A stretch of DNA of 64,000 nt, from NCBI RefSeq assembly GCF_001194135.2, contig NC_068989.1, positions 21,820,036 through 21,884,035 on the forward strand, written 5' to 3'. The number at the start of each line of letters is the position of its first letter. The first letter of the stretch is position 1. A program made the translations under genes and the position numbers. This stretch comes from Octopus bimaculoides. Taxonomy: Eukaryota. The notes beneath the pieces were generated by a model, which saw nothing but the letters and a program-made list of their open reading frames with translations, searched no databases and was not told where the DNA came from. Below, in pieces: positions 1 through 13,067 of the stretch.

Positions 1-484
1 CCCACACATCATAGTGAAACTGAAGTTTTGGGAGTATAAATTGGCTGAGAGGGTCCCCTAACTGGACCTTCTTACTTAGTCTGTTACTATCAAGACCACT
101 CCCTCCATCTTTATATCACTCATCCTTCACCTTCCTCTCCCAATTATTACAACCTTGTCCATAAGTTTCATAACTTTGATGTTGGCTTTCTCTCTTAATG
201 ATTTCAATTAATTGTACCACTATTAGTTCCATGTATGATAAGGTCTTAACATTCAGAAACCAGTTTATAACAATTTTGAATAAAAAAAATAAATAAAACA
301 GCAGCAAAATATTGTTCAAACCACATGAGTAGATGGAAAACAATGATGATGATATTTGTTGCATCATTAATTCAATATCAAGTTGACATTGGTTGCAAGC
401 TTGTAGGAAATGATTGGAGATTTGGTTGCTATTTCTAGCAGGTTAAGTGAATTAGAAGCTCTCTCATTGACACTTTTTATAAGT

Positions 485-1375
485 TTCTAAGAGGACACAA
501 GGCCTATAATTTTGGGGAAGAGTTAAGTCAGCTAAAGCAACTCTTGTACTTGACAGGCACTTTATGAATCCTAGACAGAGAAGGTAACAGTGATTTTGAT
601 GGAATTTGAATGCAGAATGTAAAGAACCAGAAATACTGCAAAACATTTTGTCCAAAGCTCTAACAATTCTTTCCCTTAACCTTCTTTCTGGTCTCCCATT
701 CTACATTAGCTTAGATTTCAAAGGATAAGTGCCATGATAATAGGAGAGAAGCTGACATAGGAAACTGGAAAGAAAGTTAGTATATAATCATGGCAATAAC
801 AACAATAATCCTTACAACTAAAGGCACAAGGCCTGAAATTTCAGGGTAAGGGACTAGTCAGTTACATCGACCCCAGTGTTTCACTGGCAGTTAATTTATC
901 AACCCTGAAGGGATGAAAGGCAAAGTTGAACTCAGCAGAATTTAACTCAAAATGTAAAAACATTAAATACTGCTTAGCATTTTACCTGGTGTGCTAACGA
1001 TTTTGCCAGCTTGCTGCCTTATAGTAATAATAATAATCCTTTCTACTGTAGACAGAAGGCCTGAAATTTGGGGTAAAGGATTAAGTCGATCGCATCGACC
1101 CCAGTGCGTAACTGGTACTTATTTAATTGGCCCTGAAAGGATGAAAAGCAAAGCTGACCTTGATGGAATTTGAACTCAGAACATAGCAACAAATAAAATA
1201 CCACTAAGCATTTCGCCTGGCGTAATAATAATCCTTTCTATTATAGGCACAAGGCCCATAAATTTAAGGGAGGGGGCATGTTGATTACATTGCTCCCCCC
1301 AACCTACCTCCCAATGTTCAACCGGTACTTATTTTGTCTGGCATGCTAATAATTCTACCAGCTTGTCCACCTTAA
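485..1375 (-). mobile_element. Cluster of four degraded copies of tRNA-derived SINE family A
   Basis: The motif ggcacaaggcctgaaatt...atcgaccccag...gatgaaaggcaaagt...gaatttgaactcag recurs at ~490, ~815, ~1045 and ~1240. Its reverse complement begins with an A-box/B-box tRNA-like head (gagttcaaattcc). Confidence 0.8.
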
Positions 1376-1706
1376 TAATAATAATAAAAATGACTGGTTT
1401 TTACTATTTCAACCAGTTTACAGCAGTGATTCATTCAGTTGCCTGCAAACAGCAACGGCAATCGTGATTCAAAGCATGTACATTATGTGTAAATTTACAT
1501 CGACTGTTTTAAAGGGGTTAAATCAAGAGCAGATCATACAAGGAGTATGTAGGACTGGGCAGTAGTTCATTGAGAGAAAGGGGCAGAGGGGGAGAGAGAA
1601 AGGAAAAAGAGGGTATTGAGGAGAATATGAAAGCAGGGCAGAGCGATGGCTAAAAGAGAATAGGCAAAAGTAACTAAAGCAAAATATGAAAATAGAATAA
1701 AGTCCT

Positions 1707-2000
1707 GATGTGGCTGGGGAGTTAAGCTTGATTCCCAACCATGTGGTCTTGGGTTCAGTCTGCACGATTTGGTACATGGAAACAGAAAGAAGCCTGTAGT
1801 GCGTGTGTGTGTGTTTGTCACTCACCACTGCATGACAACTGGTGTTGGTTTGTTTATGTCTCCATAGCTTAACAGTTTGGTAATAGAAAGTGATAGAATT
1901 CGCTTAAAAAAATAAATATTGGGGTTGATTTGTTTGACTTAAAGCCTTCAAAGCAGTGTCCCAGCATGACCACAGTCCAATGACTGAAACATGATAAAAG
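1707..2000 (+). mobile_element. Bipartite SINE family C (tRNA-like head + internal microsatellite + tail), internally deleted
   Basis: Head aagcttgattcccaaccatgtgg..gggttcagtc, then gaaacagaaagaagcc, (GT)n and tail gacaactggtgttgg...cagcatgaccacagtccaatgactgaaac. It matches the copies at 6738, 32170 and 50268. Confidence 0.75.
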
Positions 2001-2004
2001 AAAT

Positions 2005-2262
2005 ATGCAGGTGGCACGTAAAAAACACCATTTTGAGCATGGCCGTTGCAGTACTGCCTGACTGGCCCTCATGCTGTTGGCACGTAAAAGCAACCACTAC
2101 ACTCTCGGAGTGGTTGGCGTTAGGAAGGGCATACAGCAATAGAAACTCTGCCAGATCAGATTGGAGCCTAGTGCAGCCATCTGGTTTGCCAGTCCTCAGT
2201 CAAATCATCCAACCCATGCTAGCATGGAAGGCAGACGTTAAATGATGATGATGATGATGATC
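2005..2262 (+). mobile_element. Family D: non-LTR (RTE-like) 3' end with (TGA)n tail
   Basis: ggagtggttggcgttaggaagggcat...aacccatgctagcatggaaggcagacgttaaa followed by (tga)n. About ten copies occur in the window. The RTE assignment is inferred from the tandem-repeat tail. Confidence 0.7.
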
Positions 2263-2499
2263 TAACCGCCTACACTTTTTTCTGCAAAATAGGGGTAGTT
2301 TATCCTGTTCAGGCTATATTATTAGCATTATCCTGCATTTGAAAATTTAAAATCACTTCTTTAACTTTCTAAGACATCTCAACGCTTCTAAAAGCAAACT
2401 TCGTTTGTTTGTTTACGTTTATCATAATTTGAATTTAATATATNNNNNNNNNNNNNNNNNNNNNNNNNNNNNNNNNNNNNNNNNNNNNNNNNNNNNNNN

Positions 2500-2552
<53 letters not shown>

Positions 2553-2591
2553 AGGTGGAAAAAGAAAAAGCAATAGAATAATCAAGTTAGC

Positions 2592-2805
2592 TTAACTCTT
2601 TAGCATTCAGATTACTGTCAAATGTAGTGCTTATTTATCTCCATTGTTTTGAATAAATCATGCATTATCTTGAAGCTTTGAGATTTCAATGATATGATTG
2701 TTTTTAGAATGATGTCGTTGGGGAGGTATGAGAGATCTGGCTGGTTTGAACATAAAACAAGAAGATTTGGGCTGAGTATGACTGATTTAAATGCTAAAGG
2801 GTTAG
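2592..2805. mobile_element. piggyBac-type MITE (family G)
   Basis: Ends ttaactctttagcatt...aatgctaaagggtta, giving a TTAA + CCC...GGG + TTAA architecture. Further copies at ~19320-19500, 33583-33810 and 35445-35621. Confidence 0.7.
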
Positions 2806-3201
2806 ATACACGACAACACCTTCCAGTAGTAGTAGCAGTCCAGTAACCCAAGGTTGCCAAGTTGAAAGTCAACCAATAAAGATCAGTTGTAGCAGAATGG
2901 TAGGTTAACTCCAATAATCTTGAATTCTCCTTCAAAAAGTTAGTGAAAAGAAAATGTTTATTCAGTCAGTCAGAAGTTGAATTTTCAGACTGACTGCACT
3001 AGATATGATAGCAGAACAATAACTCAGCAACAGCATGAAGGTCCAGCCTGTATAACTGATGAGTGGCCTACTAGATTGCTATTCTAGATGCTAATACTAC
3101 CAAGATCAATAAGAGGAAATATCAGTAACTTATTGGAACAGGTAATGAATAACTAGACTAAATGATGTCATGAGTCATAATGAAACATTTACTCAATTTA
3201 C

Positions 3202-3236
3202 CTCCATGTTAAAAGGAGGCATTCGTGGAACAATAT
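3202..3236 (-). CDS. Candidate 35-nt internal exon (ILFHECLLLTW..)
   Basis: ttgcttacAG|ATATTG...TGGAG|GTaaat. The paralogue at 43794-43828 keeps AG/GT and the same length. Five of the seven differences fall at third codon positions. Confidence 0.35.
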
Positions 3237-3624
3237 CTGTAAGCAAACCTGAAGAAGCCTTGGTGGAGCTGCTCAACTTGCAAGAAATAACAGCTATGGG
3301 TTCCTCAAAATCACATCCTACAATTTGTAAAAGAATGTATAACATAATGCAATCTTAGATTAAAAAAAAAAAAACAGCAGGGTAGTAATGAATGGGATGG
3401 TTTAAGGCTTTTTTGGTTAAAACTTGGAGTGAAATAACACAAGACAGTTTTGGCAAAGGAGCATTGTCCTTGTTACGTGGACACAAGACAACATTGATTG
3501 TGCATATTTTAGATTATATTTCCATCATATGTTACAGCAATTCTTCATTTTATTGTGAAGGCAGAGAACAGTTCTGACAGGCAATATACAAAACAATCAA
3601 CCAAATAGCTCTAAAGCACATGAG

Positions 3625-3800
3625 CCAGTGTCATAAAAAAGCACCTAGCACACTCCGAAAAGTGGTAGACATAAGGAAGGGCATCCAACCATAGAAACCA
3701 AGCCAGATCAGACTGGAACCTGGTGCAGCTCTCCAGTTTGCTAGCTCTGGTCAAACCATCCAACCCATGTGAGCACTGAAAACAGATGTTCGATGATGAA
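3625..3800 (+). mobile_element. Family D RTE-like 3' end
   Basis: aaggaagggcatccaacc...caaaccatccaacccatg...gatgatga. Confidence 0.65.
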
Positions 3801-4514
3801 TAAGTTTGTTTGGCACAGCAGAAATGACTTTTCTCTGAAGAAGGATCCTGCCCGAAACATTGAAATTTACATATTCACATGGAATACAAATTTATTCAAT
3901 TGTGCAGATTTTGTTGATCTTCGCTAATGCAAATCAAGATTAGTTTCTTTCAAACATGGTTCTACTTTCATTCTTAAAGCGTCTACTTCTAATCATTGCT
4001 ATTTAAAAATGGGAGCTTGCAGATGACACAGAATGTCATGATAGGTCTTCCTTGGTCTATTCATTTGAATAGTCCACAAGAGAAATTAAAAAATTATTTT
4101 GGACAATTCACTTCATGTGATAATACATTTGGGAAAAGAATGACTGTCACCACATTACATTTTTTGTCATCTTTAAATCTGAAGCATAGTTTCAACTGAA
4201 GAAATCATTACAAAGACACAATGCAGAAGATCTGCAGAAGCTGGAAAGAAATTAGATATATTTTATTAGGTATACAAGGTTAACTTAAAGTTGCTGGGAA
4301 TTATAGAGATTGGCTGATAAATGTAGGAATGAAGGTCATGTACATACTGGCTGAATTATTTTGACTGTAGAGAGTACATTTGGAAGAGGAAAATCAAGAT
4401 AGACATAGGAAGGACCAGTGAATTCAGATTTCAGAATGTTGTACCCAACCATAGACGAAATGATAAAGGGTTGATGAGAATGAGTGATATGATGTACAGT
4501 AGGCCTGTCTAGAC

Positions 4515-4784
4515 CAGGGGTTTTCAAACTTTTTGACTTGCGGACCCCTTTATATTTCAGGCTTTACCTTAGGGACCCCCTTATAACAGCTTATGAAATT
4601 TATACATAAGTATTTGCTTAAAATAACATATTTTTGCATTTATTTATTTAACAGCATTTAACAAATAGGTTTATTGTCAATTAAAAGATTTTGATTAAAA
4701 AACATATATAAAATCAAATTGCCCATAAAAGGTATTTGCAGTCCACGGACGCCCTGTCCGCAGACCACAGTTTGAAAACCCCTG
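4515..4784. mobile_element. hAT (Charlie-like) MITE, 270 bp
   Basis: Perfect TIRs CAGGGGTTTTCAAAC / GTTTGAAAACCCCTG. Perfect 8-bp TSD GTCTAGAC at 4507-4514 and 4785-4792. Confidence 0.93.
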
Positions 4785-5754
4785 GTCTAGACAATGCCAG
4801 TTCGAGAAAACTGATATTATATGACAATGATAGACAAGAAGTTCAAGATATTTCTGAAAAGACGCAAAACAAAGCAGGCGATCCCATTAATGTATGTCCT
4901 ACAACTGTAACTCATGTTATCAATACTACAAAGACATGGGAAATAATATTTACATAAAACCTCAAGGTAATGTATTGCATTCATTCTTTACCATGTTCCC
5001 TATACACTATTCAGCTTTGTAACAATAACATGAAAATAAAACCAAGCTGTAGGCAAACAAAAGCTAAACGATGAATTTTTTTTTTAAAGTCCAACTTGCA
5101 TATGCTTGTCAATAAACACAGCACAATGTATAGCTCATTGCCATAATCAGCAAGGGCACAGTATTTATATATAGAGCAGAGTTGACAACTACCTTTAAAT
5201 GTAAATAATAAAACATAAATCACTGCAGTTTTCCATCTGAGAATACTGTAAACACAACAGATAGAGAGTCAGCAGGTGTTGTCTACAGGTTGGTGATTAT
5301 TTTAAACTATAGATATGAGGGGGATTTTATAAGCAATGAAATAGTTTCATAAGCAATGAAATAGTTAACAAGTAGTTATTTCATCAACTACAAAGAAAAA
5401 TTACAATGGCAAAATGACTGATGTTTTTTCAATTGAAATGTTATATGCTACAAATCCATATTTCATTATTGGTTTGTTGCTGAGCTGGTCACTGGGCAAT
5501 AAACAGGGCTGTAAGGAAGGCACACAACCAGCCCCAAATTGCAAGAAAAATGTCAAAATTGTGAGAGAACAGTGTTAAGAATTGATTATCAAACTAATTA
5601 GGAATATCGACACTGAAATCAAAACCTCTCATACTGTGAGCCAATCCCCCCATGCCCACCCCAGCCATGATAGAGAAAATAATTAAAATAATCTTTAAAT
5701 GATTTTTAAATGTTAAAATATTAAAGTATTAAATAATATCTGTACATAGAGATG

Positions 5755-6530
5755 TCATTATCATCGTTTAACATCCGCTTTCCATGCTGGCATGGGTTGG
5801 ACGGTTTGACTGAGGACTGGTGAGCCAGAGGCTGCTACAGGCTCAATCTGATCTGGCAAAGTTTCTACCACTGGATGCCCTTCCTAACGCCAACCACTCA
5901 GAGTGTAGTGAGTGCTTTTTACATGTCACCAGCACGAGGGCCAGTCAGGCGGTTCTGGCAATAACCATGCTCAAAAGGTGTTTTTACATGCTACCTGCAC
6001 GGGAACCAGTCCAGTGGCACTGGCAACAACCACACTCGAATGTTGTTTTTCACGTGCCACCAGCACATGTGCCTGTAAGGCGACGCTGGCAACGATCACA
6101 CTCAAATGGTGCTTTTCATGTGTCACCGGCACGGGAGCCAATCGGTGGCCCTGGCAACGATCACGCTCAGATATGCTTCTTTTAACATTCCACTGGCACA
6201 AGTGCCAATCGAGCGGTACTGTCATCAGCCACATCAGCGATTTTGATTTGTTTAACTTGCCTCAATAGGTTTTTCGCACTCAAAGTCCATTGTCCAATGA
6301 ATGAGGGGTACTCATAAGTGGGCCGGTTACACTCCACGTTCGGATGTGCTTTTAATGTCCCACTGGCACGAGTGCCAATCAGGTAGTACTGTCGTCAGCC
6401 ACGTCAGCAATTTTGATTTCACTTGCCTCAATAGGACTTCACAAGCAAGGTTTATTGTCCAATGAATGAGGGGTATTCATAAATGGACTGGTTGCACCCA
6501 CTGGCATAGGCCATGGGCTATGGTCTCACT
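5755..6530 (-). mobile_element. Long family D copy with internal ~60-bp minisatellite and ~170-bp tandem duplication
   Basis: It begins catcgtttaacatccgctttccatgc and contains ggatgcccttcctaacgccaacc. The unit cgtgccaccagcac..ggcaac repeats about 4 times (5915-6180). 6180-6350 is similar to 6350-6510. Confidence 0.75.
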
Positions 6531-6737
6531 TGTGGAGAACTATAAATATAGGTCATTAATCCAATTTTTTCTACATAATCCCACATACTATCCTAGAGTA
6601 GGATAACCAAACACACACAACTGTGTTCATGTGTTACAAATTGTTTATTTTAGACATAAATAATATAATAAAGAAATTAGAAATAAAACCATTGAAAGAC
6701 TAGTAGAAAGCAGGGTATATAAATGTTTTATCTAACT

Positions 6738-7066
6738 TTTCTTTTACCTGTTTCAGTTACTGGATATGGCCATGCTGGAGCACTGGCTTCAAGAGCTTTT
6801 AGCCAAACAAATTAACCCCAGTACTTTCTTTTTAAGTTTGGTACTTATCCTACCAGTCTCTTTTGCCAAAATGCTAAGTTATGGTGATGCACACAAAGCA
6901 ACATACACACACCACAGGCTTCCACACAGTTTCTGTCTCCCAAATTCACTCACAAGGTATTGGTCAACCCAGGGTTAAAGTAGAAGACACTTGCCCAAGG
7001 TACTGAACAGTGAAACTTGAACCCAAACCCACTTGGTTAGAAAGTAAGCTTCTTAGCCACGCACCT
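6738..7066 (-). mobile_element. SINE family C, near full length
   Basis: Tail ttttacctgtttcagt..ccatgctggagc plus head cacaaggtattggtcaacc..gaagacacttgcccaagg in reverse orientation. Confidence 0.8.
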
Positions 7067-7128
7067 GTGTGTGTGTGTGCATGTAAAAAAAAAGAGTTTC
7101 TGCATACACTAATGGATTTTCACATGTG

Positions 7129-8340
7129 CGAGGGGTGTTCATTAAGGTTTCCCCTGACCCACTTCCTAAGGGCTGAGATAGAAGAAACCTGGAATAATTA
7201 TTAGCCCTTCTCTACATAACCACCACCAATGTTGAAACACTCTTTCCATCACTTTATGCAGCTGTGAAGACCTCCTCTGTAGAAGTCGGTAGGTTGCATC
7301 TGGAGCCAAGACTTTACCTCAGGAATAAGTTCATCGTCATCCGATAAGGACTCTCCCTTAAAGGTTGGAATGACGTGGAAGTCACATGGTGCAAAGTCAG
7401 GAAAGTAAGGCGGGTGAGGAAAGATTTCATAGCTGCAGGAGTGTGCTTTCATCTGGGCAACATGTGCATTGTGAACTGGAGTGTTGTCTTCGGGGAGGTG
7501 AACCCCTTTGGTCAGCATTCCACGCCTCTCTGCTTTGATGGCGTCCCACATTTTCTGCAGCAGAGAAGCATAATATGCCCCATTAATTGTGGTGCCCTTT
7601 GCCAGAAAATCCATTATCACCAATCTATGTTGGTCTTAAAAGACTGTGAGCATCACTTTGCCTGCTGAGGGTTGGACACAAGCCTTCTTTGGAGATGGTG
7701 AATTATCATGCTTCCATTGTTTCGACTGGACTTTAGTCTCAGAATAATAGAGATGGACCTAGGTTTCCTCCTGGGTGATAAGTCTGCCGGAAAAGTCCTC
7801 CTCGTTTTCTTGGCACATTGCCAAAAGAGCCTGAGAGTAAGTAACTTGTTCCTGCTTCTGAAAAGGTGTGAGCATCCAGGGAATCCATCATGCAGACAAC
7901 TTCCACATATGCAAATGGTCATCAATGATTTTTGGCACAGACCCTACACTTATCTTCACTTCTTGGGCTAGTTGCCAAATGATTATGCAGCAATCCTCTA
8001 GAATGGTGGCTTCTGCTTTCTGGATGATGTTGTCATCAATGGCAAAATGTGGTCATCCAGGAATAAGAGCAGTTTCCACTGATATTCGACCACATTTGAA
8101 CAGGTGATGCCAGTACTTGATTACAACGTACGATGGAACATCATCACCATAAACTTTTTACATCTTTCATTTCATCAAAAGTCTCTTTTGGTACACAACC
8201 TTTCAAGTATAAGAAGCTGATCACTGATCTGCATTCATCTGCCTCCTTTATAATACTTTAGTTCACTTCAAAAGCTGTAAAAGACAAATGAATGTTAGTG
8301 GAGAGCTAATCCTGTCTCTACTCATCAAACACGAACTTCT
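7129..8340 (-). mobile_element. Decayed mariner (D,D34D-type) transposon; transposase pseudogene ~7201-8255
   Basis: Translated motifs RSVISFLYLKG, DNTPVH, PHPPYFPDFAPCDF and terminal GYVEKG*, interrupted by stops and frameshifts. TIR-like cgaggggtgttc at 7129. The other TIR was not found, so the right boundary is approximate. Confidence 0.9.
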
Positions 8341-9125
8341 GGATTCTACCTTCTTTCATCCTGGATTTATTCATTCTGGACTGTTTTTATTCTGAACTCT
8401 ACACTCTCCGGCTGCACCTCTCCTACCCACGGATTACATTGGACCTATCTACTGTATGATTATACCTGTACAAGTTCCATTTCCTGCAATAACCAGATGT
8501 GGATCAGGGGAAATCTTCAAGGAACACTACTTGTACATCCAGTAAAAGGAGTATTCCTGCTGTACATAGTATATAGTAGCTGATAACTGCAGAGAAGCTT
8601 TGAAATGCATATCATAAGCCTGTTATGCAGATAACATTAACTGAACCTATTTACTACTAGATAATATTTAAATCTCGTTTAGTCCAAGATACAAGATGTC
8701 AAACCTTTTGTTCATCAAGCAAATACTCTATAAATTCAGCCAGTTGTGAGGTATTTCATAATATGCATTTCCTTAAAAACTAACATTAACTACAACACTA
8801 TCTTGCTTCAGCGATCACCAAGTGATATTTACCACAGCATAAACATTATCTCCAGAAAACTAAACTAAACTAAAACAAACCACTTTTACTTAACCTAATT
8901 CTAACATCTGAAAATGGACATTAAGAGAACCTAATTGCTCACAAATAAATCTTGTGATAGTGCCAAAGAAGCATAGCATTAGATCTATATTAAGATTTCC
9001 TTGAAAACTCACCTTTTCCAAGAAGCAAATAAATCCATATAGAAGCACACATGTACAACTTCACTTGTAGGCTCAAACATTTTAAAATATTTGTTGGTGA
9101 GAAAGAAAAATATATTTAACAATAA

Positions 9126-9287
9126 GTGCAGGCATGGCTGTGTGGTAAAAAGCTTGCTACCCAACCACATTTCCAGGTTCAGTCCCACTGAGTGGCACCT
9201 TGGAGAAGTGTCTTTTACTAAAGCGTCAGGCTGACCAAAGTCTTGTTAGTGGATTTGGTAAACGGAAACTGAAAGACTCATACATAC

Positions 9288-9318
<31 letters not shown>

Positions 9319-9583
9319 CACACACATATATATATATATATACACACACACATATATATATATATACACACACATATATATATATATATACACACACACA
9401 TATATATATATATACACACACACATATATATATATATACACACACACATATATATATATACACACACACATATATATATATATACACACACACATATATA
9501 TATATATACACACACACATATATATATATATACACACATATATATATATATACACACATATATATATATACACACATATATAT

Positions 9584-9623
<40 letters not shown>
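9126..9623 (+). repeat. SINE C head followed by a higher-order (TA)n(CA)n microsatellite array (9281-9623)
   Basis: gcatggctgtgtggtaaaaagcttgc..., then a repeating ~22-24-bp unit of TA and CA runs. Confidence 0.9.
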
Positions 9624-9624
<1 letters not shown>

Positions 9625-10496
9625 AAAATTAACAGAATGAGATAAAAATCCAAGGCTATGAAAAATTTCAGAACATTTATAAAGAGAAGGTCGTACAGCT
9701 GTTTTCGCGATATTTTATATATCCCTTCATCGGAGACGGTGTGAGAAAATGGTTAAGCAATAGTTATTCTAGATAAGATATGAAATAGAGAGTGAAGTGG
9801 AGGAATGAAAACAGACGTGAGATATGCAGGGATATATATATATATATATATACATATAAATTTGACATGGGTGATTCTTTCTGGTCTTGGGTGGAATTGT
9901 GAGAAAAATTACACAGATGTGTAGAATGATCCAGTGGTGATGCTGGGCTTTGTATTTTTTCATAGCTCCCATGGTTGCCGAGATAATCTACTATAATAAT
10001 ACTCTTGTATTTATGAATGAGAAAGGAAGGGGTGATAGATGAATAAGGAAGGAAGGAGTGATGTCACACTTGGTAGTCGGATGACGAAAATTGTACGCTA
10101 AAAAAATAAATCAAACAGCGTTTCAACTGTGAATATATGTGTATGTAAATGTATGTGTGCATGTGTGTGTGTGTGTGTATGCACAATGGAAGTAGAATGG
10201 TTCATCTTTGTTAGCTTAGTATTTATTTTGATTTGGTTGAATCTTGGTTGGTTTTTTTTTTTTTTTTGGTGGTCAGTTATTTTTAGTATTTTGACAAAGN
10301 NNNNNNNNNNNNNNNNNNNNNNNNNNNNNNNNNNNNNNNNNNNNNNNNNNNNNNNNNNNNNNNNNNNNNNNNNNNNNNNNNNNNNNNNNNNNNNNNNNNN
10401 NNNNNNNNNNNNNNNNNNNNNNNNNNNNNNNNNNNNNNNNNNNNNNNNNNNNNNNNNNNNNNNNNNNNNNNNNNNNNNNNNNNNNNNNNNNNNNNN

Positions 10497-10532
<36 letters not shown>

Positions 10533-10542
10533 GTATTATTAG

Positions 10543-11205
10543 TGTGTCTTTGTTTGCCCCCCAACCATCACAGCTTGACAACCAGTGTTGGTGTGTTTAC
10601 ATCCCCTTAACTAAGTACAAAGCTTAAAACAAATAAGCCTTGGGGTCAGTTTGTTCGACTAAAACCCTTCAAGGCAGTGCTCCAGCATGACTGCAGTCAA
10701 GTAACTGAAACAAATAAAAGAAAAGAAAGAAAGAATCAAGTAATGCCTTTTAGAGGAAAGAATCTGATCTACTCCCTTTTCAATTCATATTTTCTAACTA
10801 AGTAGTAGAATCCTGTCAACTAACATTCTCCAAACTCCTTCATAAGCATACTTAGGAAAATAGTTTTCGTAACAGGCACGGGCATGGCCGTGTGATAAGA
10901 ATTTTACTTCCCAACCACAAAGTCTTCTATTATAGCCCACATAAGGCTGACCTAAACTTTGAGTGGATTTGTTAGAGGGAAACTGAAAAAAGCCCGTAAT
11001 ATGTGTGTGTGCACATATTAGTCTCATCATCATCATCGTCGTTTAACGTCCGCTATCCATGCTAGCATGGGTTGGACGATTTGACTGAGGACTAGTGGAC
11101 CAGGAGGCGACACCAGGCTCCAATCTGATTTGGCAGAGTTTCTACAGCTGGATGCCCTTCCTAACGCCAACCACTCCAAGAGTGTAGAACCACTCCGAGA
11201 GTGTA
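10543..11205. mobile_element. Adjacent SINE C tail (10543-10725, +), SINE C head (10875-11020, +) and family D end (11025-11205, -)
   Basis: Diagnostic motifs cagcttgacaaccagtg, ggcatggccgtgtgataag and ggatgcccttcctaacgccaacc. Confidence 0.75.
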
Positions 11206-13067
11206 GTCTCCTTGTCTTAATAAATGTCTGTCATGTGAGCAGTGTCGTTAATTTCCAGTCTTCTGTGAAAATATTACCTTATTTGGAAACAAGTGAAGGT
11301 TAGCAACAGGAAGGGCATCCAACCCCAACAAATTGTCTGACCCATGCAAACATGGAAAGATAATAACGAAGGTGATGATACAGACTATCTGAATTAATAT
11401 TCTCTACCAGAGTTACAGGACTGACCCAGACTCTCTTTATTTCAATAGATGGGTAGAACAGCAAAGTTCTATGATAACACAAGAAACTACAACCATTCCC
11501 ATTAGTATTTAACATTTTTCTTTACTGTCATGGTCAGAAAGGTCAGATTGACAACTTTGTTTCTAACTGGGAGTTGAGAGACTAAGATTATTTTTCTTTC
11601 ATTATGCAAAAACAATTCAATTGCTGCAGTCATCACATACTCTTCCTTACCTTCCCTTTAACATTTACCATCCTNNNNNNNNNNNNNNNNNNNNNNNNNN
11701 NNNNNNNNNNNNNNNNNNNNNNNNNNNNNNNNNNNNNNNNNNNNNNNNNNNNNNNNNNNNNNNNNNNNNNNNNNNNNNNNNNNNNNNNNNNNNNNNNNNN
11801 NNNNNNNNNNNNNNNNNNNNNNNNNNNNNNNNNNNNNNNNNNNNNNNNNNNNNNNNNNNNNNNNNNNNNNNNNNNNNNNNNNNNNNNNNNNNNNNNNNNN
11901 NNNNNNNNNNNNNNNNNNNNNNNNNNNNNNNNNNNNNNNNNNNNNNNNNNNNNNNNNNNNNNNNNNNNNNNNNNNNNNNNNNNNNNNNNNNNNNNNNNNN
12001 NNNNNNNNNNNNNNNNNNNNNNNNNNNNNNNNNNNNNNNNNNNNNNNNNNNNNNNNNNNNNNNNNNNNNNNNNNNNNNNNNNNNNNNNNNNNNNNNNNNN
12101 NNNNNNNNNNNNNNNNNNNNNNNNNNNNNNNNNNNNNNNNNNNNNNNNNNNNNNNNNNNNNNNNNNNNNNNNNNNNNNNNNNNNNNNNNNNNNNNNNNNN
12201 NNNNNNNNNNNNNNNNNNNNNNNNNNNNNNNNNNNNNNNNNNNNNGTTGAGAGACTAAGATTATTTTTCTTTCATTATGCAAAAACAATTCAATTGCTGC
12301 AGTCATCACATACTCTTCCTTACCTTCCCTTTAACATTTACCATCCTTCAGCACCTGTCCGTCATTCATTATATTCACCCCCATAAGCTATTCCCTACCT
12401 CTCACACTCCCCATACACACTTACAAACTCTACTCATTTACACTCCAATCTGTCCCTACTCCTATTCACTTTGTACTTTCAAGGTCCACTCTGACACCTC
12501 GTCATCACTATTTTACCTCTTTTTCAGCTCACCTCTGTTACTTCCAAACACACTCCTATCATGTGAGTAACCATGTACCTCCTCAACAGCAAGAACCATG
12601 TTCTGTTCTGGCTCTTTCTTTCAAACTGTAACCTCACATTTCCTAGCATAAAGCTACCGCCTTCCTTACTGTAGCCCTATTCTGTCAAAGGAGATATTAG
12701 TCTTGTTAACAGTATGGCAACCCAATGCTGGTGCCATGAAAATGACACTGAATACATTTTTGATGTGTTTGGCATGAAGAAAGGCTTCCAGACTTTGAAA
12801 CTATAATGAAGCAGACATTGGAGCACAATGTGATGCTCATATCTGTCAGATTATGTTAAACTGTCCAACCCATGCCAGCATCAGACATGGACACTAAAAG
12901 ATGAATAAATGAATGGATGGAGATTATATATACATATATATATATATGTATGATAAATTCAAAAAAGGATTAAAATCTTTTACAAGAATTTTATCAGGAA
13001 GCCAGTGTGTAAAAAAATTCATAAGGGAAATTTCTATTCCCAAGAATATAATTATTCGTTTATATTT

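Noticed and set aside
5193-5245. AG..GT-bounded exon candidate shared with 44329-44382
   Set aside because: The lengths differ (53 versus 54 nt) and the second copy has stops in all three frames.
5900-6180. CRISPR-like repeat array
   Set aside because: Eukaryotic context, degenerate contiguous units without unique spacers, and no cas genes. It is a minisatellite inside a retroelement 3' end.
9200-9653. Four overlapping 115-146 aa ORFs rich in Y/I/H/T/C/V
   Set aside because: They are translations of a (TA)n(CA)n microsatellite.
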